Below, piece after piece: positions 53,464 through 64,000 of a stretch of 64,000 bases of DNA. This DNA is from an uncultured Gemmatimonadales bacterium (GTDB lineage: Bacteria > Gemmatimonadota > Gemmatimonadetes > Longimicrobiales > Gaopeijiaceae), in assembly GCA_963809895.1 (NCBI GenBank), contig CAWELD010000003.1:1888001-1952000 (forward strand). The letters run 5' to 3'. The position numbers were made by a program, and so were the translations under genes. The notes under the pieces were generated by a model, which searched no databases, was not told where the DNA came from, and was given only the letters and a program-made list of their open reading frames with translations. Within the stretch, counting starts at the first letter, position 1; every line of letters begins with the position of its first letter.

Positions 53464-55533
53464 GTGCCCAACCGCCTCGCGGGAGAGAGCTCCCCCTACC
53501 TGCTCCAGCACGCCCACAACCCCGTGGACTGGTACCCGTGGGGACCCGAGGCGCTGGAGCGCGCCCGGCGCGAGGACCGCCCGGTGTTCCTCTCCATCGG
53601 CTACTCCGCCTGCCACTGGTGCCACGTCATGGAGCGGGAGTCCTTCGCCGACCCCGACGTCGCCGCGCTCATGAACGAGGCGTTCGTGTGCGTGAAGGTG
53701 GACCGCGAGGAGCGGCCCGACCTGGACGGGATCTACATGAAGGCCGTGCAGGCCCTGACCGGCCGCGGTGGCTGGCCCCTGTCGGCCTTTCTCACCCCCG
53801 CGGGCGAGCCCTTCTACGGCGGCACCTACTTTCCCCCGGAGCCGCGCCACGGCATGCCGGCCTTCCGTCAGGTGCTGGCAGGGGTGGCGGAGGCGTGGCG
53901 GGACCGCCGGGATCAGGTGCTGGACAGTGCTCTCGCGCTGCGCGAGGCGCTGGAGCGTGCGGTGCTGGACGCGGTCCCGGGGGACGGCGGGCAGGCGGGA
54001 GCGACGGGGAGCGACGACGGCGCCCTGGTCGCCGGCGCGGTGCGCCACCTGCGCGAGCGCTTCGACGCCGTGCGCGGAGGCTTCGGCGGCGCGCCCAAGT
54101 TCCCGCAGCCCACCACGCTGGAGCTCCTGCTCGCGTACGGTGCCTCGTCCGGCGACGGCGAGGCCGTCTCCATGGTCACGCGCACCCTGGACGCCATGGC
54201 GCTGGGCGGGATCCGGGACCACCTGGGCGGCGGCTTCCACCGCTATTCCGTGGACGCTCGCTGGCTGGTGCCCCACTTCGAGAAGATGCTGTACGACAAC
54301 GCCCTGCTGGCCCGCCTGTACACCGACGCCTGGCGGGTCACCGGCGAGCTCCGTTTCCGCGAGGTGGCCGAGGACACACTGGCCTACCTGCTCGCCGATC
54401 TGCGGACGCCCGAGGGGGGATTCTACGCGGCGCGCGACGCCGACTCCGAGGGCGAGGAAGGGCGCTTCTACCTGTGGACGCCGGAGCAGGTGTCCGAGGC
54501 GGTGGACGATGCCGAGCGGGCGGCGCTCTTGTGCCGGGTGTACGGCGTGGAGCCCGGCGGCAACTTCGAGGGGCGGAGCATCCTCCACCTGAGGCGCCCC
54601 CTGGAGGCCGAGGCGGAGGCGCGGGGCATGACCCGGGACGACCTGCGCGACGCCCTGGCGCCGGCGCGGCGGACGTTGCTGGAGGCCCGGGCCCGCAGAG
54701 AGCCCCCGTTCCGGGACACCAAGGTGCTGTGCTCGTGGAGCGCCTTCGCCGTGCGGGCGCTGGCTGAAGCCGGGGGCGCCATGGGGCGGGACGACTGGCT
54801 CGAAGCCGCGCGCCAGGGCGCCCGTTTCCTGAGCGTGGTAATGCGGGCCGACGGCGAGCTCCGCCACGTGTGGACCGACGGGGTGCCGGGCCCGCCGGCC
54901 TTCCTGGAGGACCGGGCGGCGCTGGGCAACGCCCTGTTGTCGCTGCACGAAGCCACGCTGGAGCCGTCCTGGCTGGAGGCGGCGGCGGGCCTGTGCGCCG
55001 AGATGCTCGACCGCCACTGGGACGCCGACGCCGGCGTCTTCTACGATGACGCCCGGGGCGGCGAGCCCCTGGTGGTCCGTCCCCGCGAGGTCATGGACCA
55101 GGCCACGCCCTCGGGGACCTCGCTGGCCGTGGAGCTCCTGCTGCGGGCAGCGCACCTGCTCGACCGCGAGGGTTGGGCCGAGGTGGCACGCCGCGCCCTG
55201 GACCACGAGCGCCCCGGCATGGCCCGCTTCCCGGCGGCCTTCGGGCGACTCCTCACCCAACGCGTCCGCCTCGAGACTCCGCCCGTCGAGGTGGTGGTGG
55301 CCGGGGCGCGTGGCGACGACGACACCCGGGCGCTGCTCCGGCGCACGCTGGCGAGCTACCACGCCCATCGTGTGGTGTCGGGCGTGGATCCCTCGGAGCC
55401 GGCACCGGAGGCCTGGCCGCTCCTGCAGGGGCGCGGACCCGTCGACGGCCGACCGGCCGCCTAGGTGTGCCGCGGCTACGTGTGCGATGCGCCGGTCACC
55501 GACGTGGACGACCTGGGGCGACTGCTGGACTGA
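53464..55533 (+). CDS. Thioredoxin-domain/six-hairpin protein (YyaL/SPATA20 family), in-frame TAG at 55462-55464
   Basis: [46 protein letters not shown]. The conserved tail [12 protein letters not shown] continues past the amber to TGA at 55531. Confidence 0.92.
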
Positions 55534-55631
55534 TTCATCCGGCTCCGCCCTGCGGCGCCGCCGCGGGCCCGCGGTGTCGTGGCCGCCACGGAATCCCCCG
55601 TGAAACCCTTTCGCCGTCCGCTGCGTCTTAG

Positions 55632-55667
55632 TATCTGTAACATGACTACTATGTCACCTTACAGATA
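55632..55667. promoter_or_regulatory. AT-rich palindrome, probable PadR operator
   Basis: TATCTGTAA (55632-55640) / TTACAGATA (55659-55667) with inner TGAC/GTCA, 6 bp before the padR ATG. Confidence 0.6.
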
Positions 55668-55673
55668 TCACCC

Positions 55674-56009
55674 ATGGACGACATCGCTCGACACCTGCCC
55701 CTGGCCCCGCGTGATCTCCTGATCCTCGCCGTGCTCGCCGAAGGCCCGCTCCACGGCTACGGCATCATCAAGGCGGTGGAGGAGCGTTCCCGATCGGGGG
55801 TGCTCCTGGATCCCGCCAACCTCTACCGCACGCTCCGGCGCATGCGCAAGGCGCAGTGGCTGGAAGAGGTCGAGGGCGACGGAGACGACGAGCGGAGGCG
55901 CACCTTCGCCGTGACGGGCCTCGGTCGCAGGGTGCTGGCCGCCGAGGTGGAGCGACTGGAACGGCTCCTGGGGCAGGCGCGTCCCGCGCTGGCGGGCGAG
56001 GACGCGTGA
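55674..56009 (+). CDS. PadR-family transcriptional regulator
   Basis: ILAVLAEGPLHGYGIIKAV...NLYRTLRRM...RRRTFAVTGLGR. Confidence 0.92.
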   Translation: MDDIARHLPLAPRDLLILAVLAEGPLHGYGIIKAVEERSRSGVLLDPANLYRTLRRMRKAQWLEEVEGDGDDERRRTFAVTGLGRRVLAAEVERLERLLGQARPALAGEDA

Positions 56010-58650
56010 CTGCCCGGGCGCCTCTACCGCGCCCTCCTGTGGCTCTTTCCGCCGGCGTTTCGCCGCGAAGAGGGAGAGGCGGCGGCGCGGACCTTCGAGG
56101 AGCTGCTGGCCAGGGCGCCGGGTCGCTGGACGCGGATACGGCTGGGGCTGCGATACGTGTCGGCGCTGCCCGCGGCGGCGACGGCCGAGTGGTGGAACAC
56201 CTTGTGGGGCGCTCCGGTGGGCGCCCGTTCGAACTCCAGAGGGAGAGGGACGATGCGTGGGCTGTGGAGGCAGGGACGGTTCTCGGTGCGGGCGCTCCTC
56301 AAGGCGCCGGCCTTCACCTGGAGCGCGGTGCTGCTGGTGGGCGTGGGCGTGGGGGCGGTGACCACCATCTTCACCCTCGTGGACCACGTCCTGCTGCGGC
56401 CGCTCCCCTACCCCGACGCGGACCGCCTGGTGCTGGTGGAAAACGGCAGCCATTCGGGACCCCTCTTCAACCAGATGAAGCAGATGTCCACGGTGGACGA
56501 GTGGGGCGCCGCGTGGGACGAATCGGCCACGCTGGTGGGCGAGGGCGAGCCGCTGCGCCTGCGCGCCGCCCGGGTGTCGCGGGATTTCTTCCGCATCTTC
56601 GGCGCCCGGGCCGTGCAGGGCCGGCTGCTGACCGAAGAGGACTTCACGACCCCCGATGCCACCGTCATCGTCGACGGCCACGCCTGGCGCCGCATCTGGA
56701 ACAGCGATCCGGACCTGGTGGGACGGACCATCAACCTCGACGGGCAACCGGTGACGGTGGTGGGAATCACCAATCCCGACTTCGTGCCGCCCGAGGCCGA
56801 GGTGGGATCCGAGGTGGACTTCTGGCGTCCGCTGGACTGGTCGTCGGACATGCTCACCTCGCACACGGCCTGGGTCCTGAGCGTGGTGGGACGCGTGGCT
56901 CCCGGGTCCTCGGTGGAGGCGGTCTCCCAGGAGATGCAGTCGGTCATGGCCCGCATGGCGCCGGTGCACGAGAACTACCGCAACCGTGACGACGAGCCCC
57001 GGGAGCTGCCCATCACTCCGCTCGGTGAGGTGACGGTCCGAGGCGTGCGCGCCGGGTTGGGGCTCCTGCTCGGGGCCGTGGTGATGCTGCTCCTGGTGGC
57101 GTGCGCCAACGTGGCGCAGCTCTTCCTGGCCCGGGGGCTGGGCCGGCACCGGGAGATGGCGGTGCGCAGGGCGCTGGGCGCGGGGACCGCCGTGCTCATG
57201 GGCCAACTCCTGTGGGAGAGCCTGCTGGTGGGCCTGGCCGGAGGAGCCCTGGGCGTGGTGCTGGGCTGGGTGGGTCTGCGGGGATTCCTGCGTCTGTCGC
57301 CGGATGCGCTGCCCAGGCAGGAGAGCGTGATGCTGGACCCGCGGGTCCTGGCCTTCGCCGCGGCGGTCTCGGTGGCCACGGCGCTGGTCTTCGGGCTGCT
57401 GCCGGCGGTGCGATCGGTGCGGGGCGAGGTCGCGGACGAGCTTCGGGGCTCCGGGCGATCGGCCACCGCGGGACGAGGCACCGGACTCCTGCGCAGCGGG
57501 CTCGTCATCGGCGAGGTGGCGCTGTCCCTGGTGCTCATGGCCGGCGCCGGCCTGTTGCTCCGGAGCTTCCTCCTGGTGCACGCGCAGGATCCGGGCTTCC
57601 GCACCGACCGGGTGTGGACGGTGCCGCTGAGCCTCACCAGCATCGACACCCCCGAGGCCTGGATGCAGACCATGGAAGGCATCGACGAGGCGGTGGCCCG
57701 GGTGCCGGGGGTGGAGAGCACCACCTTCGGCCTGACCATGCCCCTGACCTCCGGCGGCGGGCGCTGCTGCTGGCGGAGCACGGTCACCGCCGAGGCCGAC
57801 GCCACCGAGACTCCCATGATCCATCCCGTGACGCCGGCGTACTTCGAGACCCTGGGGATTCCGTTGCAGGCGGGAAGGATCTGGTCGCGGGGAGAGGCCG
57901 AGGCGGATCCGGCCCCGGTGGTGGTGTCGAAGGGGCTGGCCGTGGCGCTGTGGGGGAGCGCGGAGCGAGCGGTCAACCAGCCCCTGGAGATGAACAGCTT
58001 CGCCATGACGGTCGTGGGCGTGGTGGGCGACGTGCGCCACTACGGCCTCGAACACGACCCGGATCCGGCGCCTCTACGTGCCGGTGGAGCGGCTCCCCTT
58101 CCCCATCGATCGGGCGCACCTGGCGGTGCACCTGCGGGGCGCGGCGGACCCCTCCTTGGGCCGCGAGCTCCGCGAGGCCGTGTGGAGCGTCGCCCCCGAC
58201 GTGCCGGTGCCGGTGGTGCGCTCCATGGACGAGTGGCTCGCCCGGGAGACCTCGAGCCGCCGCTTCGACTCGACGCTGTTCGCCACCTTCGCCGCCATGG
58301 CGCTCCTGCTGGCGGCCGGCGGGCTGTACGGCACCCTGCTCTACCTGGCGGGTCAGCGGCGGCGCGAAATGGGGATCCGGCTGGCACTGGGGGCCTCGCG
58401 GGGCCGCATCGAGCGTGACGTCATGACCGGCGGCGTCGCCGTGGCCACCGTGGGCGTGGCCTTCGGGCTGGCCGGCGCCTGGGCGGTGGGCCGACTGCTG
58501 CAGAGCCGCCTGTGGGGGGTGACGTCGGCGGACCCGGTGGCGCTGGCGGGTGCCGCGGCGCTGCTTCTGAGCACGGCGGCGCTGGCGAGCTGGTTGCCGG
58601 CCAGACGGGCGGGACGCGTGGACCCGGTGGAGACGCTCAAGGCCGAGTAG
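56006..58650 (+). CDS. Duplicated orphan ABC permease (ADOP type); frameshift at ~58070 and probably ~56015
   Basis: RLYRALLWLFPPAFRRE N-terminus, LLRPLPYPDADRLV, ACANVAQLFLARG..REMAVRRALGA, REMGIRLALGA, VDPVETLKAE. Confidence 0.88.
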
Positions 58651-58746
58651 TCGGTTGGCCGGCCCCGGGAGCCCGGCTATCTTAGGCCGGTTCCGGGGCC
58701 GCCGCCGCGCGGCGCCCGCACAGCGTTCCCTCCAGCGCGTCACCGC

Positions 58747-60876
58747 ATGGCGACCGATACCTCCGAGCAGACGCGGACGCGAGACCTCGCCGGTCTCTCC
58801 GCCGAGCAACTCCTGGGCTTCTACCGCACCATGGTGACCTCCCGCTTCGTGGACGACCGGGAGATCTCCCTCAAGCGCCAGAACAAGATCTTCTTCCAGA
58901 TCTCCGGCGCCGGGCACGAAGCCATCGGCGTGGCGGTCGCCGCGCACACCCGGCCCGCGTCGGACTGGTACTTCCTCTACTACCGGGACCGGGCCCTGGC
59001 GCTGGCGGTGGGCCAGACGCCCCTGGACCACCTGCTGCAGGCGGTGGCCGCCGAAGACGATCCGTCGTCGGGCGGCCGCCAGATGCCCGCCCACTACGGC
59101 GACGTGCGCTACAACATCGCCAGCACCTCATCGCCCACCGGCACGCAGTTCCTGCAGTCGGTGGGGGCGGCGGAGGCGGGCCTGCGAGCGCTCCACCTGG
59201 ACGAGCTGAAGGAGCGGGTGACCGGCTTCGCCGAGGACGAGCTGGTGGTGTGCACCACCGGTGACGGCACCACCTCGGAAGGCGAGTTCTGGGAGGCGCT
59301 CAACACGGCCTGCAACCTGAAGCTGCCCGTGTTGTTCGTGGTGGAGGACAACGGGTACGCCATCTCGGTGCCGGTGGAGGTGCAGACGGCCGGGGGCAAC
59401 GTGTCGCGGCTCCTCACCGGAATGCCGGACCTGCTCATCCGGGAGTGCGACGGCACCGACGTGGTGGACGTGTACCGCCATGCCGGAGAGCTGGCGGCGC
59501 ACTGCCGCGCGCGGAAGGGGCCTGCCCTCCTGCACGCGCACTGCACGCGGCCCTATTCGCACTCCATGTCCGACGACGAGCGCATGTACCGGCCCGAGGA
59601 AGAGCGGGAGGCGCAGGAGGCGCGGGATCCGCTGCGCAAGCTGCGGGCCCTGCTGCTCGAGATCGGAGCCGCCACGGACGAGGAGCTGACGGCGCTGGAG
59701 GCCGAGGTGAAGCAGCAGGTGGCCGACGCCGCCGACGAGGCCCTGGGTCACCCACAGCCCGCCCCGGAGACCTACGCGCGTTACCTGTTCAGCGACGACG
59801 CGAATCCCACGACATCCGACTTCGAGACCGAGCCCGCGTACGAGGACGAGCGCCAGCTCACCATGGTGGACCTGCTCAACGCCTGTCTGCGCGACGAGAT
59901 GGAGCGGGATCCCCGGATCGTGGTCTTCGGCGAAGACGTGGCCGACGTGTCACGCGAAGAGGTGCTGGAAAAGGTCAAGGGCAAGGGCGGCGTCTTCAAG
60001 GTGACGCACGGGCTGCAGGGCCGCTTCGGCAGCGACCGGGTCTACAACTCGCCTCTGGCCGAGGCCAACATCGTGGGCCGGGCCGTCGGCATGGCCCTGC
60101 GGGGCATGAAGCCCGTGGTGGAGGTCCAGTTCTTCGACTACATCTGGCCCGCCATGCAGCAGCTCCGGAACGAGCTGGCCACCATGCGCTACCGCTCCGC
60201 CGGCACCTACAGCGCGCCGGTGGTGGTGCGTACGACCTACGGGGGATACCTGAAAGGCGGCGCCATCTACCATTCGCAGACCGGGGCCGCGCTCTTCACC
60301 CACACCCCGGGACTCCGGGTGGTCATGCCCTCCACCGCCGAGGACGCCAACGGGCTTCTGCGCACGGCCATCCGCTGCGAGGACCCGGTGCTCTTCCTCG
60401 AGCACAAGCACCTCTACCGGCAGGTCTACAACAAGGGGCGCTATCCGGGAAAGGACTTCATGATCCCCTTCGGCAAGGCCAAGGTGGTCCGCGAGGGATC
60501 CGACCTGACCGTGGTGACCTGCGGCGCCCTGGTGAAGCGCTCCATGGACGCCGCCAAACAGGCCGAGGCGGAGCACGGCATCCGCACCGAGATCCTGGAT
60601 CTGCGCACGCTGAGCCCCCTGGACATGGACGCCATCGCCCGCTCGGTGAAGAAGACCAACAAGGTGGTGGTGGTCCACGAGGACGGGCTCAGCTTCGGCA
60701 TCGGTGCCGAGATCGCGGCCCGCATCGCCGACGAGCTGTTCGCCTGGCTGGACGGTCCCGTGCGCCGGGTGGCATCGAAAGACGTGTGGGTGGCCTACGC
60801 GCCCCAGCTCGAAGAGGTCATCCTGCCCCAGGTGCCCGACGTGCTCGAAGCCATCGTGGAGCTGGCGAGGTTCTGA
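58747..60876 (+). CDS. 2-oxoacid (probably branched-chain) dehydrogenase E1, fused alpha/beta subunits
   Basis: [11 protein letters not shown] motif GDGTTSEG...[14 protein letters not shown], then [16 protein letters not shown] and EHKHLY. Confidence 0.93.
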   Translation: MATDTSEQTRTRDLAGLSAEQLLGFYRTMVTSRFVDDREISLKRQNKIFFQISGAGHEAIGVAVAAHTRPASDWYFLYYRDRALALAVGQTPLDHLLQAVAAEDDPSSGGRQMPAHYGDVRYNIASTSSPTGTQFLQSVGAAEAGLRALHLDELKERVTGFAEDELVVCTTGDGTTSEGEFWEALNTACNLKLPVLFVVEDNGYAISVPVEVQTAGGNVSRLLTGMPDLLIRECDGTDVVDVYRHAGELAAHCRARKGPALLHAHCTRPYSHSMSDDERMYRPEEEREAQEARDPLRKLRALLLEIGAATDEELTALEAEVKQQVADAADEALGHPQPAPETYARYLFSDDANPTTSDFETEPAYEDERQLTMVDLLNACLRDEMERDPRIVVFGEDVADVSREEVLEKVKGKGGVFKVTHGLQGRFGSDRVYNSPLAEANIVGRAVGMALRGMKPVVEVQFFDYIWPAMQQLRNELATMRYRSAGTYSAPVVVRTTYGGYLKGGAIYHSQTGAALFTHTPGLRVVMPSTAEDANGLLRTAIRCEDPVLFLEHKHLYRQVYNKGRYPGKDFMIPFGKAKVVREGSDLTVVTCGALVKRSMDAAKQAEAEHGIRTEILDLRTLSPLDMDAIARSVKKTNKVVVVHEDGLSFGIGAEIAARIADELFAWLDGPVRRVASKDVWVAYAPQLEEVILPQVPDVLEAIVELARF

Positions 60877-60891
60877 GGAGACCTCTCGGGG

Positions 60892-62214
60892 TCAGTCGCT
60901 GGGACCGGCGGAATCCCCGGGACCGGCCGCGACCCGATCGCCGACCTCGGGCCGCTCCCGGGCTTCGGGCAGCACCAGCCGCACGGCCCGCTTCGGGAAC
61001 AGGTAGTTCCACGCCCAGTTGACCAGCACCAGGGCGCGGTTCCGGAAGCCGATGAGCTTGGCGATGTGGATGAGGGCCCACAGGACCCACGCCAGGAATC
61101 CCCGGAAGCGTCCGCCGAAGACCTCGGCCACCGCGGCGTTGCGACCGATGACCGCCAGCATCCCCGGATCCTTGTAGCGGAACGGCGGCGCCTTTCGCCC
61201 GGCGGCCAGCGCGCGCACCGCCCGCGCCACGTGCTCGCCCTGCTGGATCGCCACCGGCGCCACCTGCGGCAGCAGGGCGCCCTCGCCGTCGGTGGCCCCG
61301 GCCAGATCTCCGGCCACGAAGATCTCGCCGTGGCCAGCCACCTGGAGCGTGGCGGTCACCGCCACACGGCCCCCCTTCCCCACCGGCAATCCCCAGGCCC
61401 TGACCAGCGGGTCCCCCTGGATGCCCGCCGTCCACACGATGGTGTCGGCGTCCAGCGTGGTGCCGTCGCCCAGTTCCACCTGGTCCTCGCCGATGCGGGA
61501 GACCTGGGTGTCCAGGCGCACGTCCACCCGGCGGCTGCGGAGGCGTTTCGCGGCGTATGCGCTGGAGGCTTCGTCCATGGCCGACAACACACGATCGGCG
61601 GCTTCCACGAGCACGATGCGGATCTCGTCCGCGTCCACGGTGGGATAGTCCCGCTGTAGCGGCCCGTACACGAGCTCCGCCAGTGCCCCGGCGTATTCCA
61701 CCCCGGTGGGCCCGCCGCCCACGATGACGAAGGTGAGCAGGCTCCGGCGGCGCGCGTCGTCCTTCTCGTAGACCGCCGCCTCGAAGCGCGACAGCACGGC
61801 CCGCTGCAACGGGAGCGCGTCGTCCATGACCCGCAGGCGGAAGGCATGCTCCTCGGCCCCCTCCACCCCGAAGAAGTGGGGCACGCTCCCGGGAGCCACC
61901 ACCAGGTAGTCGTAGGGGATGTCGCCCGACGTGGTCTCCAGCACGCGGGCTTCGGCGTCCAGGCCCGTGGCCTCGGTCATGTGGAAGCGCACGTTGCGGG
62001 CCCGGCGCAGGATCGCGCGCACCGGATAGGCGATGTCGGTGGGCCCCAACTCGGCCGCGGCCACCTGGTACAGGAGAGGGAAGAAGGTGTGGTAGTTGTT
62101 GCGGTCGATGAGGGTGACGTCCACCGGGGCGCCGGCGAGGCCGCGAGCCGTCCACAGTCCCGCGAAGCCCGCGCCCACGACCACCACGTGAGGACGGACG
62201 CCCTGCTCGCTCAA
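60892..62214 (-). CDS. ndh: Type II NADH dehydrogenase (NDH-2)
   Basis: VVVGAGFAG, NYHTFFPLLYQVA, VGGGPTGVEYAG, AGD..PQVAPVAIQQG; TTG start overlaps the moeB stop. Confidence 0.92.
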   Translation of the reverse strand: MSEQGVRPHVVVVGAGFAGLWTARGLAGAPVDVTLIDRNNYHTFFPLLYQVAAAELGPTDIAYPVRAILRRARNVRFHMTEATGLDAEARVLETTSGDIPYDYLVVAPGSVPHFFGVEGAEEHAFRLRVMDDALPLQRAVLSRFEAAVYEKDDARRRSLLTFVIVGGGPTGVEYAGALAELVYGPLQRDYPTVDADEIRIVLVEAADRVLSAMDEASSAYAAKRLRSRRVDVRLDTQVSRIGEDQVELGDGTTLDADTIVWTAGIQGDPLVRAWGLPVGKGGRVAVTATLQVAGHGEIFVAGDLAGATDGEGALLPQVAPVAIQQGEHVARAVRALAAGRKAPPFRYKDPGMLAVIGRNAAVAEVFGGRFRGFLAWVLWALIHIAKLIGFRNRALVLVNWAWNYLFPKRAVRLVLPEARERPEVGDRVAAGPGDSAGPSD

Positions 62215-63491
62215 GGCACCACCAGATCCGGGTCCACCTGCGCGGCCCAGGTCACCAGGCCTCCGCGCAGGTTGGCCACGGCTCGAAATCCCTCCTGACG
62301 GAGACGCAGGGCCGCCCGGGCGCTGCGGGCTCCCACGCGGCACACCACCACCACGGGCTGCTCGGGATCCAGCTCGTCCAGGCGTGCGTCGAGCTCGCCC
62401 AGGGGGACGTGCACGGCGCCCTGCGCTGCCAGATTGCCCGCATTCCATTCCCAGGACTCGCGCACGTCCAGTACGAGCGGAGGCGCGTCGCCCTCCAGGA
62501 GCGCCGCCAGATCGCGGGCGCCCAGGTTGCGGGGGAGCGGGTCGGTCCCGGTGGATGGGGCGTCGCTCGGTGGGGCGTGGCTCGCGTCGGGGGCCGAGTG
62601 CGCCGCCGAGTCCCCGGCGAGCTCCTCGGCCACCAGCATCTCGGGCGTTATCCCGCAAAAGCGTTCGTAGTCGATGAGCTCGGTCTGGGTGGGATGCTCT
62701 CCGCACACCGGGCACTTCGGATCGGGCCGCACGCGCACCTCGCGCCAGGCCGCTGCCAGGGCGTCGAAGAGCAGGAGGCGGCCCGCCAGGGAATCCCCCA
62801 CGCCCAGCACGTACTTGAGCGCCTCCAGCGCCTGCATGGATCCCACCACCCCGGGCAGCACCCCGAAGACCCCGGCCTCGGCGCAGTTCGGGACCAGCCC
62901 CGGAGGCGGCGGTTCCCGAAAGAGACAGCGGTAACAGGGGCCGTCGGGGGTGGCGAACAGCGACACCTGCCCCTCCCACCGCAGGATGGCGCCGTACACC
63001 ACCGGCGTGCGGCTCAGGACGCCGGCGTCGTTGACCAGATAACGCGTCGGGAAGTTGTCGCTCCCGTCCAGCACCAGGTCGTAGTCGACGAGGATGTCCA
63101 GCGCATTGGCGCTGGTGAGCCGGGTGTCGTGGACCTTCACCTCGATGTGGGGATTCAGGTCCAGCATGCGCTCCCGGGCCGACTCCACCTTGGGGCGGCC
63201 CAGGTCCGAGGTGCCGTGCAGCACCTGCCGTTGCAGGTTCGAGGCATCCACGGCATCGGCGTCGACGACGCCCAGGGTGCCGACGCCCGCCGCCGCCAGG
63301 TAGAGACCCGCCGGCGAGCCCAGCCCGCCGGCGCCCACCAGGAGGATGCGCGCCGCCTTGAGCTTGCGCTGGCCCTCCTCGCCCACTTCGGACAGGACCA
63401 GGTGGCGCGCATAGCGAAGGATCTCCTCGCGGGAGAGCTCCGGGAGGGCGTCGGACGACGTGGAGGGTGAGCCGGCGGCCGGGGTGCGCAT
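62211..63491 (-). CDS. moeB: MoeB/MoeZ adenylyltransferase with a C-terminal rhodanese domain
   Basis: RYARHL, VGAGGLGSP, SNLQRQ, DGSDNFPTRY, PCYRC...CPVCG, then LDVRE..VCRVGARS. Confidence 0.93.
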   Translation of the reverse strand: MRTPAAGSPSTSSDALPELSREEILRYARHLVLSEVGEEGQRKLKAARILLVGAGGLGSPAGLYLAAAGVGTLGVVDADAVDASNLQRQVLHGTSDLGRPKVESARERMLDLNPHIEVKVHDTRLTSANALDILVDYDLVLDGSDNFPTRYLVNDAGVLSRTPVVYGAILRWEGQVSLFATPDGPCYRCLFREPPPPGLVPNCAEAGVFGVLPGVVGSMQALEALKYVLGVGDSLAGRLLLFDALAAAWREVRVRPDPKCPVCGEHPTQTELIDYERFCGITPEMLVAEELAGDSAAHSAPDASHAPPSDAPSTGTDPLPRNLGARDLAALLEGDAPPLVLDVRESWEWNAGNLAAQGAVHVPLGELDARLDELDPEQPVVVVCRVGARSARAALRLRQEGFRAVANLRGGLVTWAAQVDPDLVVP

Positions 63492-63692
63492 GAGCGAATT
63501 GCACCCCGGCGACCGGGCGGGGTTCCGGGCAGGTGCGGTGGAACCGGATTCAGTGCCTCAGTCCGCCGCGCGAGGTCCTGAGCGGGTCAGCGAGCCGTGG
63601 CGCCGCACGACGCGACGCGACGCGCCACAACCTGTGCGCGCCGCGTTCGGTCCGGTGCCAACGCCCGCGTCAGCGCGGCGTGGCGCCGGAGA

Positions 63693-64000
63693 TCAGGCCT
63701 CGATCTCCTGGAAGAGCTGGTGCACCAGATCCCGGTGGAGCCAGGTGATGTAGCCCAGGGTGGCCAGACCTCCGGCCACGCTACCGGCGACGGCGCTCTT
63801 CCAGCTCAGGGCGTGCAGAGCCTCCACTGTGATCGCGCCGAAGAAGATCGGCACGAATCCGCCCACGGCGATGGCCGTGAAGACCAGGCCGTAGGCCAGC
63901 CCGTGGTCGGATCTCCGCCTGCTCGGCGAGGAAGGCCACCAGCATCCCCAGCGCCAGCGACACCAGCAGGTGCAGCCCGTTGAACGCCAGGACGGGAGCC
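63693..64000 (-). CDS. 3' end of a hypothetical membrane protein (5' end outside the window; frameshift ~63905)
   Basis: APVLAFNGLHLLVSLALGMLVAFLAE joins HGLAYGLVFTAIAVGG...LFQEIEA-stop. Confidence 0.55.
   Translation of the reverse strand, partial: LPSWRSTGCTCWCRWRWGCWWPSSPSRRRSDHGLAYGLVFTAIAVGGFVPIFFGAITVEALHALSWKSAVAGSVAGGLATLGYITWLHRDLVHQLFQEIEA

Noticed and set aside
58747..60876. Fused E1 alpha/beta as a novelty
   Set aside because: This fusion is well known in many bacterial phyla.

Overview
A very GC-rich bacterial chromosomal window. The gene content (SprA-like protein, PadR + duplicated orphan ABC permeases, DUF5916, fused E1 dehydrogenase) suggests Gemmatimonadota, but this is inference. 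About 1.4-8.3 kb is a visibly less GC-rich anti-phage island with no integrase. On the minus strand it carries an AbiJ/Abi_C-type gene, a non-retron defence-type reverse transcriptase, a 144-nt structured intergenic element closed by a perfect 13-bp inverted repeat (candidate ncRNA) and a SLATT membrane effector. These are followed by a SacI-family restriction-modification module with an HTH gene between R and M. The RT-ncRNA-SLATT unit, with a candidate telomerase-like TGAT-TC-TGAT template and a tightly linked Abi gene, is the top finding. The rest is core genome: pilB-pilT-pilC, comEA, sprA-like, lptFG, dapF, secreted beta-propeller and outer-membrane proteins, two PadR/ABC-permease pairs, a SAM-II-type riboswitch ahead of metH-yitJ-MTHFR-like, ccdA-cls-speB-pdaD, fur, nrnA, gdhA, a coaE-PHP fusion, dedA, a yyaL-like gene, fused 2-oxoacid E1, ndh and moeB. 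Many genes, including conserved ones, are broken by single-base indels. The assembly is probably error-prone long-read data, so frameshifts should not be read as pseudogenes without checking reads.
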